From IMG/VR virus record IMGVR_UViG_3300032180_000385, positions 1-64,000 of that record: 64,000 bases of DNA. The stretch is one strand, 5' to 3'. The first letter of the stretch is position 1. Every line of letters begins with the position of its first letter. Of the stretch, positions 49,187-58,797 are shown piece by piece. The stretch is from an uncultured virus (IMG/VR IMGVR_UViG_3300032180_000385). Taxonomy: Duplodnaviria > Heunggongvirae > Uroviricota > Caudoviricetes. Below the pieces are notes generated by a model. It saw only the letters and a program-made list of their open reading frames with translations. It searched no databases and had not been told where the DNA came from. Made by a program: the position numbers and the translations under genes.

Positions 49187-49582
49187 TCACACCGTCCCTT
49201 CTAGATCGAACAAGCCGGTGGTAAGGAACGGATAAGAGTTAGCCTCGGAACCTGGGCCGCCCGGCCCGTGCATCTGGATAGCAGGATGTTCCAGGAACAC
49301 GGTGGGATTCGTCGGTGCTGCCGCGCTGCCGTAAATATGGCCGGTGTCATCCCAGCCGACGTACGGGTGCGTGAGTTCCTTGGTAAATCCCGGAGGCCTA
49401 GCGTTACTGCCCCGTCCAGTCCGGGCCGAAGCAGGCGTCCCTGGGCGAACATGCACCACAGCGATCGCGACTGCCGCAGCCCGGTCCGCGAGATCGAGCA
49501 TCAAAGGTGCGACGAGACCCGTAGGAGAATTCAACATCTCAAATACCGCCTCTTCTGAGATATGAACGTCATCCACGTCCAA
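49187..49582 (-). CDS. putative tail completion / neck protein
   Basis: synteny; LNSPTG.V, FLEHP, YPFL. Confidence 0.5.
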   Translation of the reverse strand: MDVDDVHISEEAVFEMLNSPTGLVAPLMLDLADRAAAVAIAVVHVRPGTPASARTGRGSNARPPGFTKELTHPYVGWDDTGHIYGSAAAPTNPTVFLEHPAIQMHGPGGPGSEANSYPFLTTGLFDLEGTV

Positions 49583-49591
49583 GCGCCTCCT

Positions 49592-49966
49592 TTACATCCC
49601 CATAAAAGACCCGGGGATCTCCTCGTCCTTGCCTTCTGCTTCCCAGGGCACAAGATTGCCGTCGGCTCCCTTGCGGAACCCACTGACAGGGGCGTCCGGG
49701 TTCTCGACCACCATTCCCGCTGCCTCCTGGAAGGCTTTCAGTGCCTTCAGCGCCTCCTTCTCCGGATCGACGCGCTGGCCGATCGTTTCCTCGAACGCTT
49801 CCAGCTGGTCGGCGTCCATGCCGTCCGTGCAGATCGCGTACACCATGTTGAGCAGCTGGCGCGGGGTTAGCGCCTCGATGCCTTTTTCCGTGTGCCGGAG
49901 CCGTTCCCCGTCGAGACGCGCTGAGTGGTGGGCGGCGTAACTGAGGAGCCATCGCGCGGCTTGGTA
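49592..49966 (-). CDS. tail assembly chaperone, frameshifted C-terminal extension
   Basis: -1 frame opens at GGG CGC CCT AC (GRPT to GRPYQAARWLL...) and runs to 49592. Confidence 0.6.
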   Translation of the reverse strand, partial: YQAARWLLSYAAHHSARLDGERLRHTEKGIEALTPRQLLNMVYAICTDGMDADQLEAFEETIGQRVDPEKEALKALKAFQEAAGMVVENPDAPVSGFRKGADGNLVPWEAEGKDEEIPGSFMGM

Positions 49967-50634
49967 GGGCGCCCGGAGACGATCTCCATCACCTGCGAGA
50001 TCACCGGCAGAAGCTCTTCCGCGTCAGCCTTGGTCTCGATGGCATGATTCTCGAAGGCCTGCCAGTCGCCCGTGTCGAACGACTTGCACATGGCCTCCCG
50101 GCCGGCCTTGCAGTGCTCGCAGTTGCCGCATGCCTTCGAGCCCGCATAAATGCAGTCTCGCAACATCATGTAGACCGCTCCCAGGGCGCGCGGGTCGTCG
50201 GATGACATATCCGCCGCGGACGCGTACTTGAGCAGGGGCATCAGGCCGATCTTCTCCGCGATGCGGAACTTCTTCCCGAGCAGCTCGATCGTGTCGTGGT
50301 TCTCGATGACCGCACCCTCGGTGATCATCGGCGCCCCCTCGGCCTTCGCGGCCCTGGCGTGCACGACGGCGAGATCCCGGTCGTCCTCGTTCGAGATGCC
50401 GTTCGCGGCTGCCGTAGCGGCTGCCTGAGGGGGCGTCACCGGTGCGGGCACAGAGGCGGGTGCGGAAGACTCCTCTTCCTCATCATCATCATCGTCGTAG
50501 TCGTCGACCGGAGTCGGCGTAGGGGTAGCGCGTGCGGCTGGGCTCCGGTACGCAGGAGGCGGTGTCGGGGTAGGCACATTGTCGGCTTCATTCCAGTCGA
50601 TCTCGATATCGTAATCGGCTTCCTGAGCAGGCAT
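49867..50634 (-). CDS. tail assembly chaperone
   Basis: between tail tube and tape measure; FRIAEKIGLMPLLKYA; SGRPT. Confidence 0.7.
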   Translation of the reverse strand: MPAQEADYDIEIDWNEADNVPTPTPPPAYRSPAARATPTPTPVDDYDDDDDEEEESSAPASVPAPVTPPQAAATAAANGISNEDDRDLAVVHARAAKAEGAPMITEGAVIENHDTIELLGKKFRIAEKIGLMPLLKYASAADMSSDDPRALGAVYMMLRDCIYAGSKACGNCEHCKAGREAMCKSFDTGDWQAFENHAIETKADAEELLPVISQVMEIVSGRPTKPRDGSSVTPPTTQRVSTGNGSGTRKKASRR

Positions 50635-50730
50635 TTTAACTTCTCTCTATTGTCTGATAGTGTCTGAAAGCGGTCCGGTCCACTTAGGGAACGTGAGCCA
50701 TAGATGCAACGGCCGGATCGCATTTTCTTT

Positions 50731-50788
50731 GAGGAACTCCCCCGGCCAGGACCCTTTCGCAGCCGGGGGAGCTTCTTTCTTGTTTTGT
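50731..50788. terminator. strong hairpin after the tail tube gene
   Basis: gaactcccccggc...gccgggggagcttc; T-rich tail on the + strand. Confidence 0.45.
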
Positions 50789-50811
50789 TACGGATGGTGC
50801 TAGCGATACGG

Positions 50812-51560
50812 TTACGTACCGGAGATGCCCGTGGTGGGATAGCGCATTATCGCGCTTGCTGCGCTGAACGTGCTCTTCATGGAGACCGCTGCCGCAACGC
50901 CGCCGGCGACGGCGTAGTCGGGAAGGATCTTGCCGAAGAAGTACTGGCCTGGCCCGGCTCCCTGCACGCCGACCGTGGACGGGTAGAGGTAAAAGTTCCG
51001 GGGCTGGCCGTCGGTCGCCGCGACGTAGGTCTGCGCAGTGGCAGTGTCGTAGAAGCCGGTAAAGTCACCGGATGCGTCCGGCAGGCCGGCCACCCAGATC
51101 AAGTTAGAGTCTCCCATGGTGGTGACGTCTACCTTGGCGACGGTGAAGTTGAGGCTCCAGTCTGACAGAAACGCCATCGGGCTTGCTGAGTCGGTCGGGT
51201 TTACGCCAATGTAAGCGATCGTTCTGTTACCTCTCGTCCTTTTTACAGGGCGAGCGGGCTGGTCATTTCTGCCAGCCTCTGCATGTCTCCATGCAGTCCG
51301 GACTATACCTTCACCCACAAGGGGTGCCACGTACCTAGTCTCTGAACCATCCCGTCGAGACCTTTCAGTTCAGGCGGGCTCGGCTGCTGATTACCCCTGC
51401 TAATCTCTTTTTGAACCATCGCGCTCGCGTTTTCACGCCACGCTGTGGTGCGATCAGGTGACTCGGGCGTCCCAGCAATTCTCGCAGTTTGCACTGAGTG
51501 ATTGCTCTCTCAGGCGGCCAGTCGACCGTTGCGTCCATGAATTCTCGAGATGGTACTCAT
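50812..51560 (-). CDS. major tail (tube) protein, two exons 51525-51560 and 50812-51219, 147 aa spliced
   Basis: exon 1 MSTISRIHGRNG joins in frame to IAYIGVNP...VDVTTMGD...VAGLPDASG; RBS AGAAGGAG. Confidence 0.88.
51220..51524 (-). ncRNA. group I self-splicing intron (305 nt, no ORF)
   Basis: P GAATTGCTGGGA, Q AATCAGCAG, R TTCAGAGACTA, S AAGGTATAGTCC; exon ends in U paired to G in P1 (cggu-c-gacu-ggccg); intron ends in G. Confidence 0.9.
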
Positions 51561-51851
51561 CTCCTTCTGTATCGGCGCCTTGACGCCATACGGGAGAGAC
51601 CGGCTCCAAGCGCATCGTGCCCGTGGCCGCGATCTAGTGCTGCTCCTGCCATAGTAACTGTCTCGGAGGCGGATTGAAAGCTGCGCCGGATGCACTTACC
51701 AATCTGGCGGGAGATTACTTCTCGGAGGACTTCCAATCTCCTTTACAGAAGGGACCGAGTGGATGGCTAGATGACACTCTCCCTGTTGTGATAGGATTTT
51801 CTTATCTACAATCGCGCCAAAAGCTAGTCAACCCCAAAGAGGTGCCTGATT

Positions 51852-52967
51852 ATGAAAGAGAAAATCTGCATCGATTGTGGCAGAACTTACACACACGGCG
51901 GACGGGGGCTGTGCCCGAACGACTACGCAAAAAGGAAGCGCTACGGAACACTTCCGCCCCTGAAAACAAGAGGCCCCGACGCTCAGTGCAAAGCTCCCGA
52001 AGGATGCACGAACATGGTAGGGCGCTCCGGCGCCAGAGGGCTGTGCCCTAAGCACTACCAGCGACTTGTCAAGTCAGCTGGAGGGCTGGAGCAACCGGTG
52101 CGAACGGCTCCACTAGCGGCGAGGTTTCGCGCGAAAATAAGTACCGAGCCATGCCCGTGCGGTTGCGATTGCGAACTGTGGACGGGAGGGATTCAGCCTA
52201 AAACCGGGTACGGTAATTTCTCGATCAAGAACAAGACTTATCTAGCACATCGCGTCGCGTGGGAGCTGGAGAAAGGCGAGATACCGGACGATTTCGATAT
52301 CGATCACGTCCAGGAGCGCGGCTGCCGTCATAGGCATTGTGTTAAGATTACGCACCTGGAACCTGTTCCGACGGTGCTGAACAATCGGCGTATACCAATG
52401 ACGGAGCAGCGAAGAGACGGACTTTCGGAAGCAGGAAAGAGGGGATCTGCCATCCGCTGGGCAAGAGTCCGGGCCGGTGAGGCTGAAGTCGATCAGGCAA
52501 TCTGCTCCCGGGTTCTCGCTTTCGTTCTTGCCCATCCCGATGGTAGTCGTGCGCGGCAGATAGCAGAGGCGCTGGATATGTCTATCCACAACGCAAGGCA
52601 AGGTCTTACCCGTCTCGCTAAACGCAAGATGATTCTCGGTAATGGTTCCGGGCTTTACCAGCCGCTACCTGCTGAAGAATGCTGGCGTCCTGTGCGAGGC
52701 TATGCCGCGTTTTATGAAATCTCTGACCGGGGGAACGTCTCTGCCCTGGCCCGGCCGCGAACGCACGGCGGACTGCTGATTCCCCAGCTCAACTCCGCAG
52801 GCTTCCGGGTTGTTCGGCTGTCTAAGTACGGTCAAGTGACAACATGGACTGTAGGACGACTCGTGCTCGAAACGTTCTGCTGGCCACCTCCGCATCCGAA
52901 GGCGAGAGCGAAGCATGGCCTAAACGGTAAGCTAGATGACGCACTGTCAAATCTTCACTGGAGTTAA
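51852..52967 (+). CDS. composite HNH endonuclease (Zn fingers, HNH, wHTH, NUMOD4-HNH)
   Basis: RGLCP twice, CELWTG..YG, AHRVAWEL, IDH...HLEPV, then WRPVRGYAAFYEISDRG...NLHW. Confidence 0.8.
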   Translation: MKEKICIDCGRTYTHGGRGLCPNDYAKRKRYGTLPPLKTRGPDAQCKAPEGCTNMVGRSGARGLCPKHYQRLVKSAGGLEQPVRTAPLAARFRAKISTEPCPCGCDCELWTGGIQPKTGYGNFSIKNKTYLAHRVAWELEKGEIPDDFDIDHVQERGCRHRHCVKITHLEPVPTVLNNRRIPMTEQRRDGLSEAGKRGSAIRWARVRAGEAEVDQAICSRVLAFVLAHPDGSRARQIAEALDMSIHNARQGLTRLAKRKMILGNGSGLYQPLPAEECWRPVRGYAAFYEISDRGNVSALARPRTHGGLLIPQLNSAGFRVVRLSKYGQVTTWTVGRLVLETFCWPPPHPKARAKHGLNGKLDDALSNLHWS

Positions 52968-52975
52968 ATAAAACC

Positions 52976-53212
52976 ATGACTGACTACAGGGATGCTCACC
53001 GCGACGCGATGGCCGCCGTGCAATGCGAGGTCAACGACGACACCGAGGGCGTAATGGCGGTGCTGAACAACGCGAGCAACCTGGCTGCCACGGCACAGAT
53101 CCTCGCCATCTGGCAGGCAGGCTTCCTCCGGTACATAGCCTCAGAAAGCGGTGCCCCCGTGCAGGAAGTGCTCGCCGCCTGGCGAAGGAACGAGGAGACG
53201 AGGAGCACCTGA
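52976..53212 (+). CDS. hypothetical protein
   Basis: GC-rich codon usage ORF. Confidence 0.55.
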   Translation: MTDYRDAHRDAMAAVQCEVNDDTEGVMAVLNNASNLAATAQILAIWQAGFLRYIASESGAPVQEVLAAWRRNEETRST

Positions 53213-53543
53213 TCCTGGCCGGAAAGCGATGGCGCAACGAACCGGTGCCTGGTAAATTTCTTGCGTCGAGCCCCCGCACCTCCGGTTCCCGAAGCCTCGC
53301 TAGGCAGTGGAACGGGAGGAATCATGGTTCAGGCGGTACCAGAAGGTCGTGAAAGCGGGTACGGATCGCACGTCAGAGAAGCCGCGGAGACAAGGGCAGG
53401 GCGGCCCTGCCGGCTAGGGATGAGGCCGGCACCTTCCTGATCGGGATCCCTGGTTGCGTGCCCTCCTACTCTGTTATACTCTAAGCGTAGATAGAAACGA
53501 AGGAAGCAGAGTCACGGCCGACCGCTACACGGGGAGTAACCAG

Positions 53544-54188
53544 ATGAGCGCAAATGTCGACGGAGGTGGTAAAAAATTTACCTGCTCGCGCTGCCATCGA
53601 GACGATCTAACGGAAGACGACTTCCCGATCGACTTGCGTCGAACATCAGGTCGATACCCCTGGTGCAAGCCTTGCAAGGCTGCATACATGCGAGAGAAAT
53701 ATCCTGAACGATACTCTGATGAGCATCCAGGCCCACCTCTGTCTCCTGTCTGCACAGGATGCGGTGGACCACGGGGGGCTAAGCGTGCCCGTTGCAATGA
53801 ATGTGAAGCAAAATACCAACGAGAATACCGCCATGGTGTAGTAATTAAGGAGTCGCCACTGACACTTGAACAACGAACTGAAAGACGTAAACAGAGTCAA
53901 CGAGAGTCAAAAAGGCGCACAGAACTTCGACGCTACGGAACAACCCCAGAAGAATGGGATCGAGTACTTGTAGCTCAAGGAAATTGTTGCGCTATCTGTC
54001 GTACGAATACGCCTACAGGCGCTGGAGCTAAATACGGGCACTGGCATACAGATCACGACCACGCAACAGGAAAACTGCGCGGACTACTATGTTCATCATG
54101 CAATCTTCTCCTTGGACATGCTGAAGATAATCCCGCACGACTGCGAGCAGCAGCAAATTACCTAGAAAAATACCTAGAAAAGGATTAA
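53544..54188 (+). CDS. endonuclease VII-family homing endonuclease
   Basis: YGTTPEEW...QGNCCAIC...DHDHATGKLRGLLCSSCNLLLGHAED. Confidence 0.88.
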   Translation: MSANVDGGGKKFTCSRCHRDDLTEDDFPIDLRRTSGRYPWCKPCKAAYMREKYPERYSDEHPGPPLSPVCTGCGGPRGAKRARCNECEAKYQREYRHGVVIKESPLTLEQRTERRKQSQRESKRRTELRRYGTTPEEWDRVLVAQGNCCAICRTNTPTGAGAKYGHWHTDHDHATGKLRGLLCSSCNLLLGHAEDNPARLRAAANYLEKYLEKD

Positions 54189-54191
54189 ATT

Positions 54192-55262
54192 ATGCCTGCT
54201 GGTGAAATTCAAGAAATGTTCAGTGTCCGAGAGACGCCGTGGCACCGTCAGGGTCATGTTCTCGACGACTACCCGCAGACCTTCGAGGAGGCCCGCAAGC
54301 TTGCCGGGCTCGACTGGGATCCGATTGCTGTCCCCGTCTACCAGGGGCTGGACAAGGACAGGCTTCGTGAACGGATCGTTGAGGCCCTTAGAGAGGAGAG
54401 GCCGCTTGAGCAAGTCGATGCCCTTCTCGCAGCCTGCGATCAGTCACTCATCACCGACAAGGAGTTCCGACGCATCGCCCGCAGCGACGACGTGCCCAAG
54501 TCGCTCTCCTATCAGCGCGACAGTTACAACATCATCCCGAACAGCGTCTTCGGCGAGATCATCGACTCGATCACCGGCGCCGCGCCAGGCAAGATCCGGC
54601 TGGAAACAGGTGGCTGCCTGTCCGGGGGCCGCCAGGTCTGGATACTCGCCCGCCTCGACGAGCCCATCGAGTTCAAGGGCGACAAGTCGCTGACCTTCCC
54701 GCACCTGGGTATCACCAGTCGTAACGACGGCAAGGCATCCTGCGCCGCCCGACTCACTACCGTCAGAATCGTCTGCTGGAACACCTTCAGCGCTGCGGAA
54801 GCCGAGGGTGAGCGCACCGGCGCGGTGTACAGCTTCAGCCATCGCGGTAACTGGCGTGACCGGATCGGCGAGGCTCGCGAGGCACTGATGTTCGCCCGGC
54901 GTGAAGCTGCCGAATACGTCGAGACGATGACCGAACTGCTCGGCATCAAGGTCACCTCGGTCCAGGAGCAGCTGTTCCTGCAGGCGTTCATCCCGTCACC
55001 GCCCGAAGGCGTCATCTCCGACCGGGTAGCAAAGAACATCGACGAGGCACGGGCAGCCGTTGCGGGCTTCCTGAACAGCCCGACGGTGGAAGGTGCCGGC
55101 GTCCGCGGTACTGCCTACGGTCTGGTGCAGGCGGCAGGTGAGTACCTCGATCACGCACGCCGGGCGAACAGTTGGGAAACGAAGATGGGGAGGTCGATTT
55201 TGCGGCAAGAACCCTTGAAAGCAAAGGCTGCTCAGCTGGCCCGGCAGGCGGCGCTGGCGTGA
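54192..55262 (+). CDS. DUF932/DUF945-family protein
   Basis: MFSVRETPWHRQG, ETGGCLSGGRQVW, RIVCWNT, GTAYGLVQA..EY.DH. Confidence 0.85.
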   Translation: MPAGEIQEMFSVRETPWHRQGHVLDDYPQTFEEARKLAGLDWDPIAVPVYQGLDKDRLRERIVEALREERPLEQVDALLAACDQSLITDKEFRRIARSDDVPKSLSYQRDSYNIIPNSVFGEIIDSITGAAPGKIRLETGGCLSGGRQVWILARLDEPIEFKGDKSLTFPHLGITSRNDGKASCAARLTTVRIVCWNTFSAAEAEGERTGAVYSFSHRGNWRDRIGEAREALMFARREAAEYVETMTELLGIKVTSVQEQLFLQAFIPSPPEGVISDRVAKNIDEARAAVAGFLNSPTVEGAGVRGTAYGLVQAAGEYLDHARRANSWETKMGRSILRQEPLKAKAAQLARQAALA

Positions 55263-55547
55263 CGAACACACCCGGTCCGATCCTGCTCGAAACCTCTTCC
55301 GCTGACGTTAGCCTCAGTCCGGTCACCCCAGAATCGTGCGATCGCTGCGGCCCAGCCGTCCGGGCGCTCTGGCAGGTCTCGGCCGGAACAGGAGTGCTGA
55401 CCTTCTGCGGGTCGTGCTACCGGAGGTTCCGGAAGATAGCAGCGAGCCGGGAATGATCTGTTTCGTCCCTCGGTTACACCACCTCGTACCTCAGCACACC
55501 CCAGGCGAGACTCATCAGGAGTCGCCGAGAGAGCCGAGGAGAACAAG

Positions 55548-56021
55548 GTGCTATCAGCACTCGCAGCAATTTTCATCACAGTCCAGCCCGGAGACACGCT
55601 GTCCGGCATCGCCGTCAGTCACGGTGTGTCACTTGCCGCGGTGGAGGCGGCCAACCCCCAGATCGAGAACTTCAACCTGATCTACGCGGGCAACCGGGTC
55701 GCCATTCCGAAAGGGGGCAGCTACCAGGCGCAGCCTCAGCCGACCTACCGCCAGCCATCGCAGGCCCCGTCAAACAGTTACGGCGTTGCGGGCACAGGCG
55801 GCGGTTCCCTGTCGGATGTCCCGGGCGTCCCGTCGTCGTTCGCAGCATGCGTGGCCCTGCGAGAGTCGGGTGACGGGTCGGGCAGCTCGAACATCTACGG
55901 GATCATCCCTGGGAGCGGATACAGCGTCGCAGGTGACTCGCTAGCGCAGCAGAAGGCGGTGTTCGCCCAGATCTATCAGAGGTATGGAGTGACAGCCTGG
56001 CAGCCCTGGGACGGATGTTAG
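55548..56021 (+). CDS. LysM plus Rpf/transglycosylase-like protein
   Basis: TVQPGDTLSGIA...NLIYAG; CVALRESG...YG...AQQ...G..AW. Confidence 0.75.
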   Translation: MLSALAAIFITVQPGDTLSGIAVSHGVSLAAVEAANPQIENFNLIYAGNRVAIPKGGSYQAQPQPTYRQPSQAPSNSYGVAGTGGGSLSDVPGVPSSFAACVALRESGDGSGSSNIYGIIPGSGYSVAGDSLAQQKAVFAQIYQRYGVTAWQPWDGC

Positions 56022-56085
56022 AGTGGCCGAAAAGGCACTCCATCCGTTAACCTGTACCTGATGGGTCGTGGCTGACCCTGGGCAG

Positions 56086-56125
56086 AAGAACCACCGCTCC
56101 CCGTGTCAGGAGCGGTGGTTCTTTC
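56086..56125 (+). terminator. intrinsic terminator
   Basis: 15-bp perfect stem aagaaccaccgctcc/ggagcggtggttctt. Confidence 0.7.
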
Positions 56126-56458
56126 ACGCTCGGCCCTCCGGATGGGGTATTATATGTGTAGCGGGTTTAGAGTGAACAACTAGTAAAGAGAAGGGGACGG
56201 GAAAGTAGCGTGCTGATAAAGCAGAAATCTCATCCGATGCCCGATGAGGTCCTGCTGGTCGCCCGGATGGAAGCGGAAGACCGTCGCAAGACCCGGGAAG
56301 AGTACTATCACTGGCAGGAGCGGGATCTCAGGATCCGGCTGGCGATCTACACCGACATCGTGACCGGAAAGCGCTTTCCTGCCGAAGGTCGCACCTACTA
56401 CAAGGTCCGCATCGCGATGATCCGCAACGAGCTGAAGGCGCGGAAGGCGGGGCCATGA

Positions 56459-56845
56459 CTAGTGCGGATACAGAGCCTTGCAGTCCCGCGGAGCGTCCTT
56501 GGCGTTCACGATCGCGCGCAGCTCGGTTACCTCCGCTATTATCTTCGGCGTCAGCTTTGCTCCCTTCGGCGTCGCATCAGAGAAAAATGCGCCCCAGAGA
56601 AGTTTATCTTGCGCTCGTGCACTATTATTTTCCACGCACTGACTGTACTGAACGACCGCTTCACCGCTGTTCCCGTGAATCTGCCCGATCGTCAGGAAAA
56701 CAACGATGATCGACAGTGCTACATCCAGGCAGATGGAAACAGCCAGCATCAGCGCGGTCTTCTTGCTGGCTTTGCCTCGCTGCAACTGCCCGATCAGCCT
56801 CATCGCCGTGCTGATCAGGGCCTCATCATCCTCTTCCGGCTTCAT
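56459..56845 (-). CDS. single-TM membrane protein, paralog of 56842-57240
   Basis: LISTAMRLIGQLQRGKASKKT..LAVSICLDVALSI. Confidence 0.65.
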   Translation of the reverse strand: MKPEEDDEALISTAMRLIGQLQRGKASKKTALMLAVSICLDVALSIIVVFLTIGQIHGNSGEAVVQYSQCVENNSARAQDKLLWGAFFSDATPKGAKLTPKIIAEVTELRAIVNAKDAPRDCKALYPH

Positions 56846-57240
56846 CTCGTCCCCTGTCCGTATACTTGCTGGCAGTCCACAGGAATATAAAGAGCTTCAA
56901 CTACTTTCAGGAAAGATTTACCGAGCGCGTTACTATGAAAATCCTCAGTATTCAGTATCCACAGACTAACAAACTCCTGCTGAGTAGCATTGCTCTCATT
57001 GCAAATGGTCAGCTCCTGTGAGCGAAGTCGGTTTTCCTGATCAACAAGTCCGGAATTACTGTGCGACAACCCGACCCCGAGAAGTATCACCACAATGGAA
57101 AGCGTGACATCCAGAAAAATAGAAATAGCGAGCAACAGCACAGTTTTCTTGCTGGCCTTCGTCCGCTGAAGTTTCTTTATCAACTCCATCGCAGTGCCGA
57201 TCAGAACATCATCGGCGGGTTCCTCAGTTCTGTCCGGCAT
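56842..57240 (-). CDS. single-TM membrane protein, paralog of 56459-56845
   Basis: LIGTAMELIKKLQRTKASKKT..LAISIFLDVTLSI. Confidence 0.65.
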   Translation of the reverse strand: MPDRTEEPADDVLIGTAMELIKKLQRTKASKKTVLLLAISIFLDVTLSIVVILLGVGLSHSNSGLVDQENRLRSQELTICNESNATQQEFVSLWILNTEDFHSNALGKSFLKVVEALYIPVDCQQVYGQGTR

Positions 57241-57445
57241 CCGATCGCTCCTGCTCGATAACGCGCAGCATAATAGCCGCTGCCATCTTATCCCGATTCG
57301 GTTTCTTCGCATCCTCGCGAATCGAGACCAGCAAGCTAATAAGCCGCAGCATATCTCCGTTCGTCAGTCGTCCTTCCTGATACCCTTCGAGCAGGCGATC
57401 AAGATCAGCCTTATCCGAATTAAGCTCGTCCACGATCACCGCCAT
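57224..57445 (-). CDS. small helical protein (LD.LLE...AAAIMLR module)
   Basis: similar to 58582-58797 and the C-terminus of 59747-60472. Confidence 0.6.
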   Translation of the reverse strand: MAVIVDELNSDKADLDRLLEGYQEGRLTNGDMLRLISLLVSIREDAKKPNRDKMAAAIMLRVIEQERSDAGQN

Positions 57446-58290
57446 TATTTCCGCCCCAGCCGCAGGTACCACATCCGTGCGGACATCTCCCTCTCCGGAG
57501 CGAGAAAGGCTAGCGCCCAGGTGCCGAACCAGATAAACCAGCCCGCATCCCCAACGGACGGCTGACTCCAGCTCCAGTGCAGGATGGCATACGCGAACAG
57601 CGAATCAGAGGCCAGTAGCCCCAGTGCGCCGATGCTAATCAGCCAGAAGGAATTCGACACCCTCGTTCCGTGACGAAAATGCCGCATGGCCAGAACGATG
57701 GTGACCAGCGCGCAGATCTGCAGCAGCAGTAGAATGTCCGCCGTCGGATAGGCGATGGATACTACCTTGGCGATGGTCGAGGCGCCACTGGCATGCGCGT
57801 TAGGACTGATGAGGAGAGGCCAGGAGAACAGCCCGAAAGTAAGACCTGTTACCGCCACTGCCACCGCTGCGGCACGCCGGTTCACGTGGATGTTGCCGCC
57901 GCTGGCCAGCATCACCAGTCCGGCCACGAAAAATACGTAGCTGCTCAGTTCCAGCGCGTCGGACAGCCCTGGATAAGGCACGCTGTCCGTGATCTTCGTG
58001 TAAGCGAGAGCCGTTCCAGCGCCCAGCAAGTTCAACGCCATCCCGACGAGCAGTAGCAGCCAGGCGAACTTCCGCCGACTGGGATTAAGCACGACGCCGA
58101 GGATCATCCCCGCTACGGCCAGTCCCAGAACCGGCATGAACCCCACCGTGATCCAGCCAGGCACTTTCGGCTGAATGTAGTAGGCGACGATGACCGCGAT
58201 GTAGCCGAGAAGGAACAGCGCCTGCGCCTGGCTCAGGAAACCGGGCCAGGGCGCAGCTGGCTTTCCGGTGTCCGATGCTGAAATAGCCAT
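57445..58290 (-). CDS. multi-TM sensor-like membrane domain without an output domain
   Basis: about 8 TM; AWLLL, PYPGLSDAL.L..Y, SIAYPTADILLL, DAGW resemble N-termini of actinobacterial GGDEF/kinase sensors. Confidence 0.7.
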   Translation of the reverse strand: MAISASDTGKPAAPWPGFLSQAQALFLLGYIAVIVAYYIQPKVPGWITVGFMPVLGLAVAGMILGVVLNPSRRKFAWLLLLVGMALNLLGAGTALAYTKITDSVPYPGLSDALELSSYVFFVAGLVMLASGGNIHVNRRAAAVAVAVTGLTFGLFSWPLLISPNAHASGASTIAKVVSIAYPTADILLLLQICALVTIVLAMRHFRHGTRVSNSFWLISIGALGLLASDSLFAYAILHWSWSQPSVGDAGWFIWFGTWALAFLAPEREMSARMWYLRLGRK

Positions 58291-58556
58291 TACGATTCTC
58301 CATTCGCTTCCGGAACTACTCTTCTGGTGATCTGAACAACACGGCAGGGTGCCCCGCGGCAGGCTCTGGCGAGCTGTTTCGCCTCATCAAGCGTCAGCGG
58401 CCCCGTCAGTGAGAACCCGAGAAACGATCTCACCTCGAACCCGGCTCCTCGCCACGCACCGAGAAGAAACCACTCGACATCATATTCTTCAGCCCAGCCA
58501 GCATCCGGCTCGATCTCGCGATCATCTGAACTGTCGTCTTCTCTCCATGCCTCCAT
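58290..58556 (-). CDS. hypothetical protein, paralog of 2591-2833
   Basis: LTLDEAKQLARAC. Confidence 0.55.
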   Translation of the reverse strand: MEAWREDDSSDDREIEPDAGWAEEYDVEWFLLGAWRGAGFEVRSFLGFSLTGPLTLDEAKQLARACRGAPCRVVQITRRVVPEANGES

Positions 58557-58581
58557 TGCGCACCTCCCCGCAGTTCTCTGC

Positions 58582-58797
58582 CTAGCTCAGCCATTTTTCC
58601 GTCTTCGCCTGCTCGATGAAACGTAGCATGATCGCCGCCGCAACCCTGTCCCCAGCGATAAAATCTTCTGCCACGCCGTTCATGATCCGCAGGAGCAGTC
58701 CTTTCAGCTCTTCCGTCTCCACAGGTATCAGCTCGTCCCGGCCGAATTTCTCTAGCAAAGTATCCAGGCGCAGACGACTCGACGGGATAGCTGTCAC
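58582..58797 (-). CDS. small helical protein (LD.LLE...AAAIMLR module)
   Basis: LDTLLEKF...DRVAAAIMLRFIEQ. Confidence 0.6.
   Translation of the reverse strand: MTAIPSSRLRLDTLLEKFGRDELIPVETEELKGLLLRIMNGVAEDFIAGDRVAAAIMLRFIEQAKTEKWLS

Noticed and set aside
33691..49224. many plus-strand ORFs within the tape measure
   Set aside because: antisense shadows typical of high-GC coding DNA
50812..51330. 172-aa ORF as the complete tail tube gene
   Set aside because: the first 37 codons are intron sequence; the true N-terminus is the exon at 51525-51560
55460..55547. riboswitch upstream of the LysM-Rpf-like gene
   Set aside because: hairpins are present but I could not match the c-di-AMP (ydaO) or another consensus
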